This document shows, one piece after another, positions 59,360 through 64,000 of a stretch of 64,000 nucleotides of DNA (its first letter is position 1; each line of letters opens with the position of its first letter). The stretch spans positions 512,001-576,000 of the forward strand of contig JASGJN010000013.1 in NCBI GenBank assembly GCA_049840735.1, read 5' to 3'. The position numbers were made by a program, and so were the translations under genes. Source of the stretch: Anaeromyxobacter sp. (lineage in GTDB: Bacteria > Myxococcota > Myxococcia > Myxococcales > Anaeromyxobacteraceae). The notes below the pieces were generated by a model. It saw only the letters and a program-made list of their open reading frames with translations. It had not been told where the DNA came from and made no database searches.

Positions 59360-61478
59360 TCACTCCACCTGCACCGGCAGGCCGTTGAAGGCGGCCGTGC
59401 CGGTGAGCGGATCGAGCCGCGCCTCGTCGGTCAGGTCGTTGAGGCTGGCGCCGGGGAGGGCCGAGGCCACGCGCAGGGCGGCGCCGGCGTGGCCGAAGCC
59501 GTGGGGCAGGCTGGCCACGCCAGGCGGGACCTCCTCGCTCACCTCCACCGGCACCTGCACCTCGCCCACCCGCGAGCGGACGCGGGCCAGCGCGCCGTCG
59601 GCGAGGCCGCGCGCGGCGGCGTCGTCGGGGTGGAGGAGCAGCGTGCAGGCCGGGGGCCCCTTCGTGAGCCGCCGGCTGTTGTGCATCCAGGAGTTGTTGG
59701 AGCGGAGCAGGCGCCGGCCGATCAGGGCCAGCGTCCCGTCGGTCGCCGGCGGCGCGTCCAGCTCCGCCTCCAGCCGCGGCAGGTCGGCCAAAAAACGCTC
59801 CGGGGCCAGCCGCAGCCGCTTGCCGGGCGTGTGGAGCCGCTCCGGGAGGCGCGGCTCGAGCGCGCCCAGGTCGAGGCCGTGCGGCGCGCGTAGGAGCCGC
59901 CCCACCGACAGCCGGTGCGGGCCGAACCGGAGCAGCAGGTCCACCAGCCGGCGCGTCCCCAGCAGCCGGGCCGCGCCCAGCCCGAGCCCCAGCGCCCGCG
60001 AGCGCCGGCCGCCGCCGCGGGCCCGCAGGGCGCGCGCCAGGTCGAGCAATACCCGAAGGTCCTCGCGCACGCCCGGCGGCGGACGGACCGCGGCCCGCGC
60101 GTACCGGGCGGCGTTCCGGACCGAGAGGAGGTAGAGGGCCAGGTCGTAGTGATCGCGCTCGGGCCCGAACGAGGTGGGCAGGATCAGGTTCGCGTGGCGG
60201 GTGGTCTCGTTCCGGTAGACGTCCACCGAGACCATGAACTCGAGGCCCGACAGCGCCTGGTCCAGCCGTCCGCCGTTGGGCGCCGACCGCACCGGGTTGC
60301 CGGCGACGGTGACCAGCGCGCGGACCTGCCCGTCGCCCGGCGTCTCGATCTCCTCCGCCAGCGCCGCCACCGGCAGCTCGCCGGCGAACTCGGGCAGGCC
60401 ACGCACGCGGCTGTGCCAGCGGCCGAAGGCGGCGGCGTCCGCGTCGCGCGCGGTGAGCCGCACCAGGTCGGCGGCCGGCGTGGTGAACATCAGGCCGCCG
60501 GGCCGGTCGAGGTTGCCGGTGACCGCGTTCACCGCCAGGAGCAGCCAGGCGGTGAGGCCGCCGTAGGGCTGAGTGCAGGCGCCCACGCGGCCGTGGACCG
60601 CGGCCGCCGGGCTGGCGGCGATCGCCCGCGCCAGCGCGCGGATCCGCTCCGGCGCGATCCCGCTCCGCCCCGCCACGCGCTCGGGCGGGAAGCGCGCCGC
60701 CGCCTCGGCCAGCGCCGGCAGGCCGTCGGCGAAGGCCGCCAGCCGGCCGGGGCGCGCCAGCCCCTCGCCCAGGATCACGTGCAGCACGCCCAGCAAAAGC
60801 GCCGCGTCGCCGCCCGGCCGCACCGCCAGGTGCTCGTCCGCGGCGGCCGCGGTTCTCGGTCCGGCGCGGGTCCACCACCACCACCCGCCCCCCGCGCTGC
60901 TGGATGGCCCGCAGCCGCCCGGCCACGCCCGGCGCGGTCATGAGCGAGCCGTTGGAGGCGAGCGGGTTGGCCCCCAGCAGCACCAGCAGCCCGGTCCGGT
61001 CGAGGTCGGGCACCGCCAGCAGCAGCCCGTGCCCGAACACCTCCGCGGCCGCCACCTGCTGCGGGAGCTGATCGACCGAGGTTGCGGAGAAGCGGCTCCG
61101 CGAGCCCAGCGCGCGGGAGAGCATCACCGCCCCGAGCAGCGCCCCGGGGGAATGGACGGTGGGGTTGCCCAGGTAGAGCCCGACCGCGCTGCGGCCGTGG
61201 CGGGCCTCGATCGCCGCCAGCCGCTCGCCCGCCTCGGCCAGCGCCTCGCGCCAGCTCACCTCGCGCCAGCCGCTCCCCTCGCGCCGCAGCGGCGTGCGGA
61301 TCCGGTCCGGGTCCTCCAGCACGTCCGGCAGCGCCGCCGCCTTGGGGCAGAGGTGGCCGCGGCTGAAGGGGTCATCAGGGTCGCCGCGCACCGAGGTGAC
61401 GCGGTTGTCCTCCACCTCGAGGCGGATCCCGCAGACCGCCTCGCAGAGGACGCAGGTGTGGAGGCGGGTCTCGGGCAT
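59360..61478 (-). CDS. molybdopterin-dependent oxidoreductase, DMSO reductase superfamily (frameshift near 60853)
   Basis: TCVLCEAVCG..GHLCPK Fe-S motif, GANPLASNGS, VDPRRTE, RSNNSWMHN, LPHGFG, AFNG. Confidence 0.88.
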
Positions 61479-61601
61479 GGGCAGAGCGTAGCGCCTGCGC
61501 GGGCACGGCGCCGGTAGGCTTCGAGCCCCTTTCGCGGCCTGCCACGGGCCGGTACAGTCCGGGGCCTCGGCCGGCGGAGCGCTGGGGCCAGGGGTGGGGC
61601 G

Positions 61602-62636
61602 ATGTTCTCGTTCTTCAAGCGAATGAAGGTGGCGCCCGCGAAGCAGGTCGCGCCCGCGGAGCCCAGCCACGAGCCGCTCCGCTGCACGCTCTTCGTCCCG
61701 GGAACCCCCGCCGGCCCGGCCGAGTGGAGCGACGCGCTGCGCGGCCGGGGGCTCACGCTGGAGGATGGACGGCTCCACGGCGAGGGGCTGCCGTTCAGCG
61801 CCAGCGTGCGCTTCGAGCCCAACCCGCGTGACGGCGCCTTCGGCCACGCCTTCTCCTTCGGCACGGCCAGTGAGGGGGAGCAGCAGGCCATCGACGCAGC
61901 GCCCGGGGCGCTGGTGCTGGAGCTGCCCGTGGACCTGCACCGCGAGCGGCCGGCCATTGCCGGGCTGGCGCGGCAGCTGGAGGCCTGCGGCGCCCTGGCG
62001 GTTCGCGTGGAAGAGTCGAAGCTGGGCTGGCCCATCGCGCGCTGGATCGAGCGCGTGGACGGCACCGACGCCTGGGCGCTCTACCGCGCCGTGGTGGTGA
62101 TGCTCAAGGCGGACGGTGTCGCCGGGACCTGCGGGATGCACGCCTTCTCGCTGCCGGACGCGGAGGTCGCGCTCGGGCCAGACCTCGACGCGGCCGAGGC
62201 CAACCTGCAGCTGGGCACGTTCAACGTCTACCAGCTCGCCGAGGACCCGCTGCTCCGGAGCGGGGAGACCTTCTCGCCGGACGCGGAGGCCCCGCGCCGC
62301 TCGCTGCAGCGCTGGCCGGACGCGCGGTATCCGGAAGGCCACGCCTGCAACAACCCGTTCGGCGTCTGGCGGCTCGGCCCCGCGGGGAGCAGCGGCCGGC
62401 CGGTCGGCGAGCTGGCCATCACTCCCAACCCACCCCTGGTGGTCATGCTGGAGGCGATCGAAGAGCGCCAGGGACGTCCGCTCAACCGCGAGGAGGTGGA
62501 GCGGATCAGGGACAAGGCCGTGAGCATCGCGCTCGATCCACGCGACGCGCGCGAGCTGGAGCGCAGCCGCGGCTACGCCGACATCGACCCCGCCATCGCC
62601 TGGGACGCGTGGCAGGTGTTCCGCGGCGCGCGCTGA
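61602..62636 (+). CDS. hypothetical protein, DUF4261-like domain plus C-terminal helical domain
   Basis: TCGMHAFSLPD..GETF..NPFGVWRL, then PLNREEVERIRD..RGYADIDP..AW..WQ. Confidence 0.6.
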   Translation: MFSFFKRMKVAPAKQVAPAEPSHEPLRCTLFVPGTPAGPAEWSDALRGRGLTLEDGRLHGEGLPFSASVRFEPNPRDGAFGHAFSFGTASEGEQQAIDAAPGALVLELPVDLHRERPAIAGLARQLEACGALAVRVEESKLGWPIARWIERVDGTDAWALYRAVVVMLKADGVAGTCGMHAFSLPDAEVALGPDLDAAEANLQLGTFNVYQLAEDPLLRSGETFSPDAEAPRRSLQRWPDARYPEGHACNNPFGVWRLGPAGSSGRPVGELAITPNPPLVVMLEAIEERQGRPLNREEVERIRDKAVSIALDPRDARELERSRGYADIDPAIAWDAWQVFRGAR

Positions 62637-62645
62637 GGAGCCGCG

Positions 62646-63476
62646 ATGGACCCTTCCTTCGAGCGGAAGCAGGCGGCCGCGTTCCAGCTGAAGCCCTTCC
62701 CGCGCTCGCGCCACGACATCGTGGACGCGCTCGAGGTCGGCGTCCGCCGCCACATGGTGCACGCGCTGCTCGAGCTGGACGTGACCGAGGCGCGCCGGCT
62801 CATCCGCGCCCGGGAGGCCTCCGCGGGGGAGCGGCTCTCCTTCACGGCGTTCCTCGTCGCCAGCCTGGCCCGGGCCATCGACGAGCACCGGCTCCTGCAC
62901 GCCTGCCGCGACTGGCGCGGGCGGCTGGTGCCGTTCGAGGAGGTGGACGTGGTGACGCTGGTCGAGGCCGAGGCCGGCGGGGTCGCCATCCCGCACGTGC
63001 TCCGGGCGGCCAACCGGCGGAGCGTCGCGGAGCTCCACCGGGAGATCCGGCGGGTCCAGGCCGAGCCCGCCTCCAGCGCCCAGCGGTCCGGCGCGCTGGC
63101 GCGGCTCTCGGCCTTCACCCCCGGATTCCTCCGCCGGCTCTTCCTGCGGGCCCTGCGGAGGAGCCCGCAGTGGCTGAAGCGGACGGCCGGGACCACCCTC
63201 GTCACCTCGGTCGGGATGTTCGGGATGGGGGCGGGGTGGGCGGTGGGCATCGTCCCGCTCCACACCCTCTGCCTCACGGTCGGCGGCATCACCGTCAAGC
63301 CGGGCCTGGTCGACGTGCGCGTCGAGCCGCGGGAGGTGCTCGCGGTGACGGCCAGCATCGACCACGACCTGGTGGACGGCGCCCCCGCGGCGCGCTTCGC
63401 GCGGCGCCTGCGGGAGCTGGTGGAGGGCGGCGAGGTGCTGCGGGACGGCCCGCAGGCGTCCGCTCCCCGCCCCTGA
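62646..63476 (+). CDS. 2-oxoacid dehydrogenase E2-type acyltransferase, catalytic domain only
   Basis: LELDVT, LSFTAF, GTTLVTSVG, SIDHDLVDGAPAARF; no lipoyl domain. Confidence 0.85.
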   Translation: MDPSFERKQAAAFQLKPFPRSRHDIVDALEVGVRRHMVHALLELDVTEARRLIRAREASAGERLSFTAFLVASLARAIDEHRLLHACRDWRGRLVPFEEVDVVTLVEAEAGGVAIPHVLRAANRRSVAELHREIRRVQAEPASSAQRSGALARLSAFTPGFLRRLFLRALRRSPQWLKRTAGTTLVTSVGMFGMGAGWAVGIVPLHTLCLTVGGITVKPGLVDVRVEPREVLAVTASIDHDLVDGAPAARFARRLRELVEGGEVLRDGPQASAPRP

Positions 63477-63664
63477 GCGCCCGAGTGCTCCACCTTCCCT
63501 CCCGGCAGCGCCCCAGCACACCCGATGTTCCACCGTGACCCCGGTGGGCCGGGTAGACTCCAGGGCTCCAGGCCCCGCCGCCCCGGCCCGCGCTGCGACA
63601 CGGCCGACGTGCGGCCTCCGGGGCTCACGTGGCCCGTTCGAACACCGCCGACCCCGGGAGTCAC

Positions 63665-64000
63665 ATGCCCCGCCCCCGCATCCTGCTCCTCGCGTTGCTG
63701 ACCGCGGCCGCTCTCCTGGCGATGCCCGCCGTGCCCTGGGCGGCCGACGAGCGCTGCACGGCAGGCACCGGAGGTGTGGCGTGCGCGAAGCGGGGCGAGG
63801 AGGACGCGGCGAAGGGGCTCTACGCTTCGGCGGCCGCCGAGCTCCTCCTGGCCTGCAAGAGCGGCGCGCCCGATGGCTGCGCCGGTCTGGCGGCGATCTA
63901 CGCCGCAGGCAGGGAGCTGCCGCAGGACGACGCCCGGGCCGTGGCGGTCGCGCGCGAGGGGTGTTCGGCAGGCTCGGCCCCCGCCTGCGCCAACCTGGGG
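63665..64000 (+). CDS. secreted Sel1-like repeat protein (partial, runs off window end)
   Basis: Signal peptide then Cys-paired repeats ACKSGAPDGCAGLAAIY..G..QD..RA...GC..G..AC.NLG. Confidence 0.7.
   Translation, partial: MPRPRILLLALLTAAALLAMPAVPWAADERCTAGTGGVACAKRGEEDAAKGLYASAAAELLLACKSGAPDGCAGLAAIYAAGRELPQDDARAVAVAREGCSAGSAPACANLG

Noticed and set aside
58791..63533. 1580-aa ORF suggesting a molybdoenzyme-YjbR fusion
   Set aside because: Chance frame joining through a frameshift near 60853; the genes have their own starts and stops.

Overview
High-GC DNA whose gene content resembles Anaeromyxobacter-like Myxococcota (inference). The left core block (1-17.1 kb) has a partial HelD-like SF1 ATPase, moaA, an OFA-type MFS transporter, a DUF2490-like/VTC/DUF4956 operon, a patatin lipoprotein, a transglutaminase-like protein, gltBD and two hypothetical envelope proteins. 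An accessory island (~17.3-43.8 kb) carries a ParE/RelE toxin-antitoxin pair, a broken RAYT-like transposase, an orphan barstar-like gene, two IS66 elements and an IS1182 fragment. It also carries an ~18 kb minus-strand gene (~6,000 codons once four single-base frameshifts are bridged). That gene encodes a giant YD/Rhs-repeat protein with an internal ~1,500-aa RTX block, a LysM domain, hydrophobic helices and a His-rich C-terminal toxin-like domain, followed by a candidate immunity gene; this is the most unusual system in the window. The right core block (43.8-64 kb) has a degenerate sigma54 activator, an alternative complex III plus caa3-type oxidase operon, aat, a YjbR protein, a molybdopterin oxidoreductase, a DUF4261-like protein, a catalytic-domain-only E2 acyltransferase and a partial Sel1-repeat protein. 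Many frameshifts, including ones in respiratory genes, sit at or beside GATC sites and look like long-read errors. No rRNA, tRNA or CRISPR array was seen. All family calls come from motif recognition by eye, not from searches.
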